DNA from: a virus
Lineage: Duplodnaviria > Caudoviricetes
Length of the DNA: 64,000 bases
Reading direction: 5' to 3' (one strand)
IMG/VR virus record: IMGVR_UViG_3300025326_000030
Span: 753 to 64,752 of that record
The notes under the pieces are model-generated. The model ran no database searches and was not told the DNA's origin. It was given only the letters and a program-made list of their open reading frames with translations. Made by a program: the position numbers and the translations under genes. This document shows, piece by piece, positions 1 to 8,763 of the stretch (positions are counted from its first letter, which is position 1; the number at the start of each line of letters is the position of its first letter).

Positions 1-64
1 CTCTTATAGTACAATACAAAACTCTAATCTGTTGTTCTACTATGTTCTAATCGTAAGGGATACA

Positions 65-125
65 TGGCGCACAGTACATAGGCGACGTGAGTTAATCCCC
101 TGTGGTGTTCCCTATGTACGCGCCA
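65..125. repeat. Long imperfect inverted repeat (stem-loop) in the non-coding left end
   Basis: TGGCGC..GTACATAGG (65-82) pairs with CCTATGTAC.GCGCCA (111-125). Confidence 0.6.
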
Positions 126-214
126 CTAAGAGACGAGCGCCCATGCGGGCTACCAGATAGCCATGTCATAGGTATGCTAATGTGTCTGTATGGTACACAA
201 CTAGCCTATACAAC

Positions 215-230
215 AGTAGACTAGTCTACT
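215..230. repeat. Perfect 16-bp palindrome AGTAGACTAGTCTACT
   Basis: Read directly from the sequence. Confidence 0.8.
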
Positions 231-430
231 TTGTTATTCATGTGCTAGTAGGTGAATGATACAAACCAATAGGGCATAGTGAAGTAAGCGCAAACGGGCA
301 AGGCTATAAGCGTGAAAGTTTCAGGAGTGTTAGTAGGGAAAGCTGTTACTGCATCTCAAGCAATCTCTCATTGTTTTTCTCCATTGTTAGTCGCATAATA
401 TAGAAACGGCAATGAGCATAGGAAAGCACA

Positions 431-793
431 ATGACCGAAGAAATTGGGAGTTACTACAAAGAGTTTCAGGATATTTATGAACTTGTTGGAATAATCAATG
501 CCCTATCTTGGGTAGTTGATCATATGACGTATGGTATAACCAATAGCGAAATAGTAGCATCCTATCGAGATGAAACTTTAGTGGATTTTATAATGGATCT
601 TCGAGGGGACATTGACCGCTATAAGGATTATCTAGTTTTTGGACTTTACGATGAGCATAATTTGAGATATAAGGAAAATCTACCAACGATCATTAAGATT
701 CTCAAAGACCACCAAGGGGCACTCGTAAAAAAACAGGAATATGTGGGACGGTTAATTGAAAAGTTGGAAAATGGCGAATCTATACGGTTTTAG
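431..793 (+). CDS. Hypothetical phage protein
   Basis: 120-aa ORF with AGGA ribosome-binding site upstream. Confidence 0.6.
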   Translation: MTEEIGSYYKEFQDIYELVGIINALSWVVDHMTYGITNSEIVASYRDETLVDFIMDLRGDIDRYKDYLVFGLYDEHNLRYKENLPTIIKILKDHQGALVKKQEYVGRLIEKLENGESIRF

Positions 794-1064
794 GGATAGT
801 ATGGAGGAGCAACCCGTCCTCATTGATTTCATAGGAATACCCATAGAGAACCATAAGGGAAGTAGATTCAGGTTCTACGAGGACGATAGAGGGAGCCTGA
901 TAATGCCCACAGCAGCACCCGCAGGTAATGATGCCGAGGGCATTCATACATTGGACATATTCTGCAATGCAAGCATCAACTGCCATAAGATGCCAGCCAC
1001 GAGGGACATAGGGGTTGTTCCGCTGGATAACATAAATAAGTTTGTCGGTTCCCCAAGTGCACAT
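780..1064 (-). CDS. Hypothetical Cys-rich phage protein
   Basis: VDACIA...GIITCGCCCGH motif looks like a real small metal-binding phage protein; preferred over the overlapping plus-strand ORF. Confidence 0.5.
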   Translation of the reverse strand: MCTWGTDKLIYVIQRNNPYVPRGWHLMAVDACIAEYVQCMNALGIITCGCCCGHYQAPSIVLVEPESTSLMVLYGYSYEINEDGLLLHTIPKTV

Positions 1065-1092
1065 GCTTGCATTATACCATTTCCAACCCTGT

Positions 1093-1121
1093 TAGACGCA
1101 AATACGAAATAGTGGTATACT
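1093..1121 (+). promoter_or_regulatory. Sigma70-type promoter
   Basis: TAGACG-17 nt-TATACT with extended -10 TG, upstream of ORF 1150. Confidence 0.5.
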
Positions 1122-1149
1122 TATCTAAGCTGATTAAGGATAAGGTTCT

Positions 1150-1362
1150 ATGTTAGAAGATGAGTTATTAGATTATCAGAAACGGGTAGAGACCATTAAA
1201 GGTGAAGTTACGTTTTTGGAAGATGCTTATTATAGCGGGAATTCAATACGGGGCGCTTATCATTTTGGTGAACTTATACAGGATTTATGCGTTATCTTAA
1301 GTATGATGCGTAAAAATCTAGAAGAGAAGATTGAAGAAGTAAGATACAGGAATACGCAATGA
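1150..1362 (+). CDS. Hypothetical protein
   Basis: 70-aa ORF, TAAGG upstream, ATGA overlap with next gene. Confidence 0.55.
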   Translation: MLEDELLDYQKRVETIKGEVTFLEDAYYSGNSIRGAYHFGELIQDLCVILSMMRKNLEEKIEEVRYRNTQ

Positions 1363-1556
1363 TGAATAAATACACAGGATCACTGATAAGGCTCTTCAAG
1401 GCTACTGTCCGCTGGATTATCTTTTATATTATCCCTTTTCCACTGGAATACCACGAGTACGATGAAGTGCTACCACTAATAGACGGATATTGGCATTTTC
1501 GCGGTTGGGTTATTGCTTTTCAAGACAGGAATGGCAAACTCAATTTTACCTGGTAA
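1359..1556 (+). CDS. Hypothetical protein
   Basis: 65-aa ORF translationally coupled to the previous one. Confidence 0.5.
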   Translation: MMNKYTGSLIRLFKATVRWIIFYIIPFPLEYHEYDEVLPLIDGYWHFRGWVIAFQDRNGKLNFTW

Positions 1557-1569
1557 GTAGGAGGAAACA

Positions 1570-1758
1570 ATGACAACTATCTTTGTGGTAATTGAGGAAT
1601 ACTATAATGAAGAAGAGACTGAGTGGGTAATAGATGACTTATGGTATACACTGGATCGATCCATTGTTGATGAATTCGTTGCTACTCGTAGGACCCTAAA
1701 AAGTGGTTATAAGCGTCGCTGGCGCGAGTATGGCGTAAACGAAATGTCAAACGGATGA
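1570..1758 (+). CDS. Hypothetical protein
   Basis: 62-aa ORF with strong AGGAGG ribosome-binding site. Confidence 0.6.
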   Translation: MTTIFVVIEEYYNEEETEWVIDDLWYTLDRSIVDEFVATRRTLKSGYKRRWREYGVNEMSNG

Positions 1759-1804
1759 CATAGATGTGTTTTTCAGTTCCCCATGCACACATTTGGGGAC
1801 AATC

Positions 1805-2005
1805 CTAAGCATCAATCCGATAGAGGTGGAAGTGTGGACCAATCCTTGATCTAAAGGCAGTACAGCGTGGCGCAATGGTTCTGGCAAATCTGCGCTTGGA
1901 GGCTTCTGTAATATTCCGATGGAAGTGAAGCGTATGCTCTCGCCTAAAGGAAAGAATTGTCATCTCCTTATAATCCAGTACCGCGCTAATCTTTTTCATG
2001 GTCAT
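1805..2005 (-). CDS. Hypothetical basic protein
   Basis: 66-aa ORF with GGAGG immediately upstream. Confidence 0.45.
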   Translation of the reverse strand: MTMKKISAVLDYKEMTILSFRREHTLHFHRNITEASKRRFARTIAPRCTAFRSRIGPHFHLYRIDA

Positions 2006-2091
2006 CCTCCATAATTATCTACTGTATTTAGTTTATCACACTTGTTAGACGCAAAGCAAGAGAGTATACTCATCTGAAAAGGAGAACTACC

Positions 2092-2691
2092 ATGAAACAA
2101 CGAATTGTAATGCTTTTGGACGTAACGGGTTCAATGGGTGCCATTCGAGAGAATACTATTAAGGCATTCAATGAATATGTCAACGGCTTAAAAAAGGACA
2201 GCCCTAAGAAAACGACCTTTTCGCTCATTCTTTTCAGCAGTCTTTGTTTTGATACGCCGGTTGATAATGTGAAGGTTGCTGACATACCAGAACTTACCAA
2301 AGAAACTTATCGTCCCAATGGGTCTACCCCACTGTTGGATTCTGTCGGCAAGGCAGTTAAGCAAACCGAAAATAGCCTGAAGGAAAAAGAAGACATTCTA
2401 TTAGTGGTCTTCACTGATGGAGAAGAAAATTCTTCAATGGAATTCTCAAAGTCTGCGGTTGCTGATTTGGTGAAACGCAAAACTGATGAGGGATGGACTT
2501 TCGTTTTTATGGGTGCAAATATGGACGCTTGGAACGAGGGCGAAAGCATGGCAGTTCCCAAAGGTAATATTCAAGATTGGGAATCTCAGAATGTTGCTAT
2601 AGCGTTTTCGAGTTTGAGCGTGGGAACTAAGCGCCATCTCTATCGTACGGGTGGTCAATCTGCCAGTTCAAACTTCTGGGAAGAAGATTAG
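2092..2691 (+). CDS. von Willebrand factor A (vWA) domain protein
   Basis: MIDAS motif DVTGSM, TPLLDS, FTDGEEN, and F.FMGAN typical of phage vWA proteins; AGGAG ribosome-binding site. Confidence 0.85.
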   Translation: MKQRIVMLLDVTGSMGAIRENTIKAFNEYVNGLKKDSPKKTTFSLILFSSLCFDTPVDNVKVADIPELTKETYRPNGSTPLLDSVGKAVKQTENSLKEKEDILLVVFTDGEENSSMEFSKSAVADLVKRKTDEGWTFVFMGANMDAWNEGESMAVPKGNIQDWESQNVAIAFSSLSVGTKRHLYRTGGQSASSNFWEED

Positions 2692-2705
2692 CTTATAATA
2701 CTTAT

Positions 2706-2779
2706 GGAACTATAGCGCAATTGGCAGAGGCATCTTGCTCAAAACAAGAATGGTGTGGGTTCGAGTCCCACTAGTTCCA
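2706..2779 (+). tRNA. tRNA-Leu(CAA), short variable loop
   Basis: Acceptor GGAACTA/TAGTTCC, anticodon arm TCTTG-CTCAAAA-CAAGA, T arm GTGGG-TTCGAGT-CCCAC; 5-nt variable region; CCA not encoded. Confidence 0.85.
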
Positions 2780-2782
2780 TTA

Positions 2783-2867
2783 GGAAGATTGGCAGAGCGG
2801 TAATGCCGCGGTCTTGAAAACCGTTGACAACCGAGAGGTTGCGGGGGTTCGATCCCTCCATCTTCCG
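2783..2867 (+). tRNA. tRNA-Ser(TGA)
   Basis: Acceptor GGAAGAT/ATCTTCC, anticodon loop CTTGAAA, long variable arm, T loop TTCGATC, discriminator G. Confidence 0.92.
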
Positions 2868-2871
2868 TTGG

Positions 2872-2943
2872 TGACAAGTAGCATAACGGCAATGCGCTCG
2901 CCTGTTAAGCGAGATAATATTGGTTCGATTCCAATCTTGTCAG
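2872..2943 (+). tRNA. tRNA-Asn(GTT)
   Basis: Acceptor TGACAAG/CTTGTCA, anticodon arm CTCGC-CTGTTAA-GCGAG, T arm ATTGG-TTCGATT-CCAAT. Confidence 0.92.
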
Positions 2944-2946
2944 TTG

Positions 2947-3031
2947 GGAAAGTTGGCTGAGTGGCAAAGCACCAGTTTGCTAAACTGTGGTCAATCGTTG
3001 TGTTGCATAGGTTCAATCCCTATACTTTCCG
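2947..3031 (+). tRNA. tRNA-Ser(GCT)
   Basis: Acceptor GGAAAGT/ACTTTCC, anticodon loop TTGCTAA, long variable arm, T arm ATAGG-TTCAATC-CCTAT; one mismatch at the top of the anticodon stem. Confidence 0.85.
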
Positions 3032-3034
3032 CAT

Positions 3035-3113
3035 GTGTTAGAACCCCGATTGGCAGGGGAGCAGTCTGTAAAACTGCGGCTTCGGCGTGTAGGTTCGAGT
3101 CCTACCTAACACA
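3035..3113 (+). tRNA. tRNA-Tyr(GTA)
   Basis: Acceptor GTGTTAG/CTAACAC, anticodon arm GCAGT-CTGTAAA-ACTGC, short variable hairpin, T arm GTAGG-TTCGAGT-CCTAC; A instead of U at position 8. Confidence 0.85.
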
Positions 3114-3117
3114 TTAT

Positions 3118-3192
3118 GCCACTGTAGCCCAATCTGGTAGAGGCGATGGTCTTAGGAACCATGCGGTGAAAGTTCGAGTCTTTCCAGTGGCA
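3118..3192 (+). tRNA. tRNA-Leu(TAG), short variable loop
   Basis: Acceptor GCCACTG/CAGTGGC, anticodon arm ATGGT-CTTAGGA-ACCAT, 5-nt variable region, T arm GAAAG-TTCGAGT-CTTTC. Confidence 0.85.
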
Positions 3193-3243
3193 CTTCCTAG
3201 TTATAATCCTGAATCTGTGATATGATGCTTTTAGAGGTTAGTA

Positions 3244-3438
3244 ATGAAAAATCGTAAAGCAAGATTTGGAATACGAAATGGTAAAGCCATCCTCACCTAC
3301 GAGAAAGTCCGGCAGATTCGCTCGCTTCTTAAGCAGGGACTTTCTCAACAACAAATCGCGGACCGATACCATGTCTCGCGTTCCAATATTGCCCAGATTG
3401 CCACAGGTAGAATATGGAAAGAAGTGAGTCATGAGTGA
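3244..3438 (+). CDS. Small helix-turn-helix DNA-binding protein
   Basis: LSQQQIADRYHVSRSNIAQIATGRIW is an HTH like those at the C-terminus of phage HNH nucleases. Confidence 0.7.
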   Translation: MKNRKARFGIRNGKAILTYEKVRQIRSLLKQGLSQQQIADRYHVSRSNIAQIATGRIWKEVSHE

Positions 3439-3967
3439 TGCTCAAATATGGGTTGCTATTGTAGGCAGCTTGGCTTCCTTTGGATTGGCTTTTCTAAAAC
3501 TCGGACAGTTTATTGCGAAACGCGGATTTGATTACCTTAAGCTAGAATCCCAACAACGCCATTCCCTATTTAAAGAACAGCAAGAAGAGGTCTCTAACCT
3601 TTTTAGAGAGACTCATGAAGATAGTCATCAACTCTCTTTATCGGTGAATGAATTGGTCACAAAGGTTGCTACCAATATTGATGAATTGGGTAAAATAATG
3701 AAGGTCGGTATTACTAACCTTGAGGCACAGAACAAAACTCAGGTCCAGCAAGCAGAAGTGCTAAACAGTTTAAAAGTGGAGATCAAGACCCATGATGCCA
3801 ATGTAACAGGTATCAAGAATGATATTATTGCCGAAATTAAAGTGGTCGCCACCAAACTCGAATCTCTCTTAGAGGTTGCCAATGGACTCTCTGCTGATAT
3901 GACCACCAAAGTTATTCCTGTTCTTCATGAACTTCAAGAGAATTTAAATATGAAGGAAACTGTCTAA
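3431..3967 (+). CDS. Membrane-anchored coiled-coil protein (possible holin-like)
   Basis: N-terminal hydrophobic helix then heptad-rich region; function inferred. Confidence 0.5.
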   Translation: MSDAQIWVAIVGSLASFGLAFLKLGQFIAKRGFDYLKLESQQRHSLFKEQQEEVSNLFRETHEDSHQLSLSVNELVTKVATNIDELGKIMKVGITNLEAQNKTQVQQAEVLNSLKVEIKTHDANVTGIKNDIIAEIKVVATKLESLLEVANGLSADMTTKVIPVLHELQENLNMKETV

Positions 3968-4344
3968 TGTTTTCTCTTTTTCTTGGTCTTTTGTTTGCAC
4001 TCCTTCAAAAAGAAACCGTTCTCTGTACCCATGCCCAGCAACTTACCGAGTGGCAGAACCAGTCTATTCAGATTGCCTATGATGCCACTGTCGAAACCGC
4101 TCAGTTTAAGGACATGCCTACCTTTTATAAAGAATTGGTAGATATTGAAGCGGAAATTCGAGCGGAGGAATACTGCGAGAAAGAACTATTAGAGGTTGAT
4201 CTTACTCTTGAGGCGATTGGTCATCTTCAGCATGGTTTGGCATTCCTCATCTTTCTAAATACTCCCAGTAATTATACCTCTGAAGAATTGATGGGTTTTT
4301 TCAGTGAGGAAGTTCAGCAAGCCATTGACCTCTACAGCATGTAG
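3967..4344 (+). CDS. Hypothetical protein with N-terminal signal/membrane segment
   Basis: TAATG coupling to previous gene; hydrophobic N-terminus. Confidence 0.55.
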   Translation: MFSLFLGLLFALLQKETVLCTHAQQLTEWQNQSIQIAYDATVETAQFKDMPTFYKELVDIEAEIRAEEYCEKELLEVDLTLEAIGHLQHGLAFLIFLNTPSNYTSEELMGFFSEEVQQAIDLYSM

Positions 4345-5837
4345 GGGTTTTTAATTTCCTTAAAGGAACTTCTTATCACATTCTTGGTAAAGAGATAATT
4401 TGCCGCCTGAGCAATAGTGTCTACTGCATCATCTCCCTCAGCACCCGAATTGGGGAAAGAAAGTAGTTGAGACCGCAATTGATTTGCCCAGGATTGTTCC
4501 CAGTCGGCAAAGAACTTCATCCGACTACACAAAACCTCAAAAGACTGTGCCTTCTGTACTTTATCCCCAGGGTAATTCACCCCCAGAACTGGCAGATTGG
4601 AAGTTTCATCAATTACACGCTCAACCACTAGGGTTTGTTGTCCGGCTTTCTCAATAAGAACTTTATCGCAGCGAGCATAACTATGCACTGCATCAGTATG
4701 GATAATCTGAAGCAGAATACTCAAATCCTTGGGATGCAACTTTCGTAGCCATAAGCCCAGAAGATAAAGATTCTGCTGTGCATCTGTTCCGCACAGACAA
4801 ATAGCCGTATAGTTGCTGGCTTTCTTCACGGTTACAGCGGGGTCAACGCTAATTACTACTTGCGTCATTTCTGGAAGGGGTTCGGGCAAATGATTGTTTA
4901 ACCATTCCAGTTGGAAACGCTCACCGGATAAGGCGTTAATATCATTTAGATAGGAAGCGCGATAAAACTTTAGTCCATTGACTTCAATTATCTGGTCAAG
5001 TTTCTCAATAGGGTATTCTTCTTCCCAATTAGAAATGCGCTCTCCTTCTTCATTGGTGTATTCCGCAGGGGTTTCTGTTATGGTATAGACAGAAGGATTG
5101 TTCTTGATGTCACCTGCCAAGTCCCCCGCGTGCCATCGGGTAGTAAGCAGAATGCGTTTGGCACCTCCGATAAAGATGGGCAAATAATTAAAGTGATACC
5201 AATCTATTTTTCTCTGTCTTTTAGTGGGGGAGTAGGCATCTTCAAAATCGTGAATGTCATCAATAATGCCAATCCCATTTACGCGATGTCCTGTAACCGA
5301 ACCGCCCCCTGCTCCGGTCACAAATACACTCGGCGTATTGGGGGTTTTATTTCTAGCTTGCACAAAAGCATTATAAGGAATGCGCGTATCCACAATATTG
5401 ATCTCGGTCTCGTTCCATGCCTTACGGGTATCAGGCTCAATCCAGGGGAAGACGGTTTTATAACGCGGATTGTAGAGAATAATATCCTTGAGAGAAGTTA
5501 ACCGTTTTTTAGCTGCGTCCTCATTACTACAGGTAATGTTATAACTGAAATGAGGGTAGCGACCAATAAACCAGGAAAGCGTTGCAATGGTACAGGTCGT
5601 CTTGGCATATCCACGTGAAGCAATATTGAGAATATAATAAAGCATCGGGTTTTGATAAAGACTAAACCATTCCTTTTGGAAATTGGTTGCTGTAAACCCA
5701 GTAAGAAATTCAAAGTAAAATGCTAGATCATGCTGAGAACGATTGATGACATATTCATGTGCGCGTTGAATAGTAAAAGGAATGTCTTGTTCGCCAACCT
5801 TAATGGTCGGTACTTGAAACTTCTCAATTTCCATCAA
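4332..5837 (-). CDS. terL: Terminase large subunit
   Basis: Walker A-like ASRGYAKT, Walker B GIIDD, TRWH..D motif, nuclease VISVDPA and C-terminal DDAVD. Confidence 0.92.
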   Translation of the reverse strand: MMEIEKFQVPTIKVGEQDIPFTIQRAHEYVINRSQHDLAFYFEFLTGFTATNFQKEWFSLYQNPMLYYILNIASRGYAKTTCTIATLSWFIGRYPHFSYNITCSNEDAAKKRLTSLKDIILYNPRYKTVFPWIEPDTRKAWNETEINIVDTRIPYNAFVQARNKTPNTPSVFVTGAGGGSVTGHRVNGIGIIDDIHDFEDAYSPTKRQRKIDWYHFNYLPIFIGGAKRILLTTRWHAGDLAGDIKNNPSVYTITETPAEYTNEEGERISNWEEEYPIEKLDQIIEVNGLKFYRASYLNDINALSGERFQLEWLNNHLPEPLPEMTQVVISVDPAVTVKKASNYTAICLCGTDAQQNLYLLGLWLRKLHPKDLSILLQIIHTDAVHSYARCDKVLIEKAGQQTLVVERVIDETSNLPVLGVNYPGDKVQKAQSFEVLCSRMKFFADWEQSWANQLRSQLLSFPNSGAEGDDAVDTIAQAANYLFTKNVIRSSFKEIKNPYML

Positions 5838-6309
5838 TAACCTTTAGTGGAGGAAGATAAGTTGGATCAGACTGGGCGGCTTCTAAATACTTGGTGTATT
5901 CTGCGGACCCAGAAGTAAAGACATTAATTTGATTATACTGTCCCTGTTCCTTCTGAATTCCGCTCATATCGTTGTAACTTAAAAGCATTTTGTTCTGCAA
6001 GCTGATATATCGCTCAACGCGGTCAATAGCCGCGTAGTTGGTGCCTTCTTTGCCCTCTACTAAGAAAATTTCTTCCATCAGGCGATCAAGAATGGTCTCG
6101 GTGCGATAATAATTCTTAACCCATAACTCCCTGGCGGTATCTTCGTATTCTAATCTGGCAATCTTTAGCGCATCTACAATAATCTTATTTACGTGTGATA
6201 CGCTCAGTTCAAACTGCTCGGCGATAGCCTTTAAGCCCCTACCATCCTTACTCATTTGAATGATTTGAAGGTTGCGCTCGGTTAATTCTAGTTCCTTGCT
6301 GTTTTTCAT
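5824..6309 (-). CDS. Probable terminase small subunit
   Basis: N-terminal HTH (GLKAIAEQFELSVSHV), helical body, directly upstream of and overlapping terL. Confidence 0.65.
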   Translation of the reverse strand: MKNSKELELTERNLQIIQMSKDGRGLKAIAEQFELSVSHVNKIIVDALKIARLEYEDTARELWVKNYYRTETILDRLMEEIFLVEGKEGTNYAAIDRVERYISLQNKMLLSYNDMSGIQKEQGQYNQINVFTSGSAEYTKYLEAAQSDPTYLPPLKVIDGN

Positions 6310-6383
6310 CTCAACTTAAAACTTTCTTCACTTGCCTATTTCCGAAGTATAAGCTACTCTATAAATAAAGTGATACTAACCTT

Positions 6384-8426
6384 ATGGTAAGTGATAAAGT
6401 GGCAGAAGGCAAGTTAAAACCTGATCAAGAAATCATTCGCAATTTTATTGGTCGAATGCAACTTGTGGCGCAACGACCCATGTTTGCATCGGGTATCACT
6501 TACCAGTCTGCGGTTAAGACCGGAGCGAGTATTCGGGATATTTGGCTGCATCGCTATTCTATTCTCCCTGGCGCAACCAATACCTATATAAATATTGCAA
6601 CCTCAAGAGAGTGGGCAATTCTTGGTTCTCCCCGTCAGGCGTCACGGGTTTTAGATCGCTTGAATCGGACCTACTTTATGGACGAACTGGGTATTCGTCA
6701 TGAAGGATGGGAAGATGTTATGTCCCGTATGTGTATGGACTGGCTCTCTATTGGTCGCTGTATGATTTCTTCCAAGATTCTGGTTGATAATGACTGGGAA
6801 CCCTTAGAATATATAGATTCTGCTGATGTTTTACCCCAAAATTCCAGAAATTCCAGAAAAAACATTATCTGGAACTATAACCATTTGTACTCTGGGTTAA
6901 GAGATATACCTCAAGAAAATATGTTCTTTCTGGATTGTTTTCGCATTGGCAAAACGGGAGTTCCAGTTGGTATTATTCCTTATCTTATCCCTGTTGCTCA
7001 TCTGGATTGGTTACTCCGCGAACATGACTCGATGCAACTGGACGGTAGAAAAATCCGTGATATTTTCTTTGTTGACGAGGGCATGGATGAGAATGTTGAA
7101 AAGGCAATTCTGGCGTCAATGGCAATGTCTAGCGGAGAAGACCCTTCTAAATGGCACATTCCATTAGTTGCCGTAGATCGCACAGATGCTTCAGTACCCC
7201 TTTCTAATTATTTTGCCAGATTTGGACTCTCTGAAATTCCGCGTGACTTTGATCGAGAAGATTTTCTTTCACGTTATGCCAAAGAGATTTCCTCTACACT
7301 TGGATTACCACTGGGACAGTTCTGGCATGATCCGCGTGGAACCAATCGCTCTCTTGAGCAAGTTACACAAGAACGCGCAACCCTCAAAGGTCCAAGTTAT
7401 TTCGTTCGTTCAGTTGAGCGTCTTATCAACAATTCTCCTTTTATGGGTCGTACCCCTAAAACGCGCTGTATTATCCAGTTTGAAGAAGAAACAGATACGA
7501 GCGCCTTACAGAACCAGGCTGCCGCATTCAAGGCTTATCTTGAAGGACTTGAAAAACTCCAAACCATTATGATGAATGCTCCTGAAAGTGAAAAACAGCA
7601 GTTCGATGCGGACCGCTGGATTGGTTTTATTGAAAAAAAGATGTTGATTCCTGCCAATGTAACGTTGGCAGATGTGGTTGCCAGAGAAGAGATGTCCCTT
7701 CAACGCAGTGCCGATGAAACCATGCAGAAGGGATGGGTCCGCATGAATCAGTATGGTTTGATTACCGAACGCAGACCGGATTTCCTAATTTCAAGACCCC
7801 CCATCCGACAAGTAACCGAAGAAGAAGGTATTGAGGGTTATTTCCTGCTTTCTTTTGCTAATTGCCCCGAACTTATCAATGTGGTGAATGAGAAGATTAA
7901 GCCCTTCTTTAGTGGTATTGAATGGGCAAGTCCTGAAACTTACCACTGCACGCTCGTGCATGGCACCTTCTCATGGATGGGACTGTCCCAGATTCAACAA
8001 GCTATGAAGACCTTTAAGGTAGACCACATGGGTTCGGTAGATATAGACCAACTTGGTATCTTCACTAATGAGGAAAATCAACAGACTCTTCACTTAAAGG
8101 TTCTTCCTTCTACCTATGGGTCCGTCCAGAGCAATCTGTTCACCCTTGCTTCACTCTGTGCTGAAAGTATTTCGGAATTTTCGCAACCCGAACTCTGGAA
8201 ACCTCATATCACCCTTGGTAGAGGTATGGATATTGCCATTCCTGAAGTACAGCACTTATTTGATTACTTCTCTGCTCAACCCACAGGAATCATCTTTAAT
8301 ATCGAAATCGCTGACCATCGTTATGAAGTGCTTTCTGCTCTTGGTGGTCAATATCGTAGTATAGACTTAGAAACTATAAAACATGACAGCTTACAACAAG
8401 TTAGCGCCCCAAGCCTCCCACTTTAA
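6384..8426 (+). CDS. Probable portal protein with C-terminal 2H phosphoesterase domain
   Basis: Position between terminase and protease/capsid, portal-like EISSTLGLP segment; C-terminal pair of HxT motifs YHCTL and PHITL. Confidence 0.65.
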   Translation: MVSDKVAEGKLKPDQEIIRNFIGRMQLVAQRPMFASGITYQSAVKTGASIRDIWLHRYSILPGATNTYINIATSREWAILGSPRQASRVLDRLNRTYFMDELGIRHEGWEDVMSRMCMDWLSIGRCMISSKILVDNDWEPLEYIDSADVLPQNSRNSRKNIIWNYNHLYSGLRDIPQENMFFLDCFRIGKTGVPVGIIPYLIPVAHLDWLLREHDSMQLDGRKIRDIFFVDEGMDENVEKAILASMAMSSGEDPSKWHIPLVAVDRTDASVPLSNYFARFGLSEIPRDFDREDFLSRYAKEISSTLGLPLGQFWHDPRGTNRSLEQVTQERATLKGPSYFVRSVERLINNSPFMGRTPKTRCIIQFEEETDTSALQNQAAAFKAYLEGLEKLQTIMMNAPESEKQQFDADRWIGFIEKKMLIPANVTLADVVAREEMSLQRSADETMQKGWVRMNQYGLITERRPDFLISRPPIRQVTEEEGIEGYFLLSFANCPELINVVNEKIKPFFSGIEWASPETYHCTLVHGTFSWMGLSQIQQAMKTFKVDHMGSVDIDQLGIFTNEENQQTLHLKVLPSTYGSVQSNLFTLASLCAESISEFSQPELWKPHITLGRGMDIAIPEVQHLFDYFSAQPTGIIFNIEIADHRYEVLSALGGQYRSIDLETIKHDSLQQVSAPSLPL

Positions 8427-8430
8427 GAGG

Positions 8431-8691
8431 ATGTATTTGCAAACCGATAAACAGCGACAGGTGTTTATCGAAGTTTGTCTGGAAACTGGCTCCATTTCAA
8501 CGGCTGCCTATTTTGTGACTGTTTATATCGAACTCCTGCGTGGTATCCGTAATGCCAAGGAATTGGGCTTTAAAGCCAATATGACCAATAGTGCCAGTCT
8601 TTATCATCTCAAGCGCTTGTCGGTCTATGGCTTTGTCACACGAATTGGTCGCTGTAAATGGCAAATGGAAGAAAAATCCAAACAAATATAA
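8431..8691 (+). CDS. Small winged-helix-like DNA-binding protein
   Basis: NAKELG...SASLYHLKRLSVYGFVTR pattern; start moved to ATG 8431 after the portal stop. Confidence 0.5.
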   Translation: MYLQTDKQRQVFIEVCLETGSISTAAYFVTVYIELLRGIRNAKELGFKANMTNSASLYHLKRLSVYGFVTRIGRCKWQMEEKSKQI

Positions 8692-8763
8692 GACCTTTAT
8701 ACTGTGAGCCTGATGGTATTGTTTATTATAGTAATGTAAGAACAAATGTATGTGTGAGGTTTT

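Noticed and set aside
756-1112. 118-aa plus-strand ORF
   Set aside because: Overlaps the more protein-like minus-strand ORF 780-1064 and runs through a promoter
3118-3192. tRNA with TAG anticodon as an amber suppressor or sign of stop-codon recoding
   Set aside because: Anticodon TAG reads CTA (Leu); a suppressor would need CTA. Long genes translate intact with the standard code
2710-3225. ORFs 2710-2892, 2780-3016 and 2920-3225
   Set aside because: They overlap six well-formed tRNA genes and are translation artefacts
8740-8751. GAACAAATGTAT resembling a Gram-positive-type LexA box upstream of the protease gene
   Set aside because: Two mismatches to GAAC-N4-GTTC in a single copy; insufficient support
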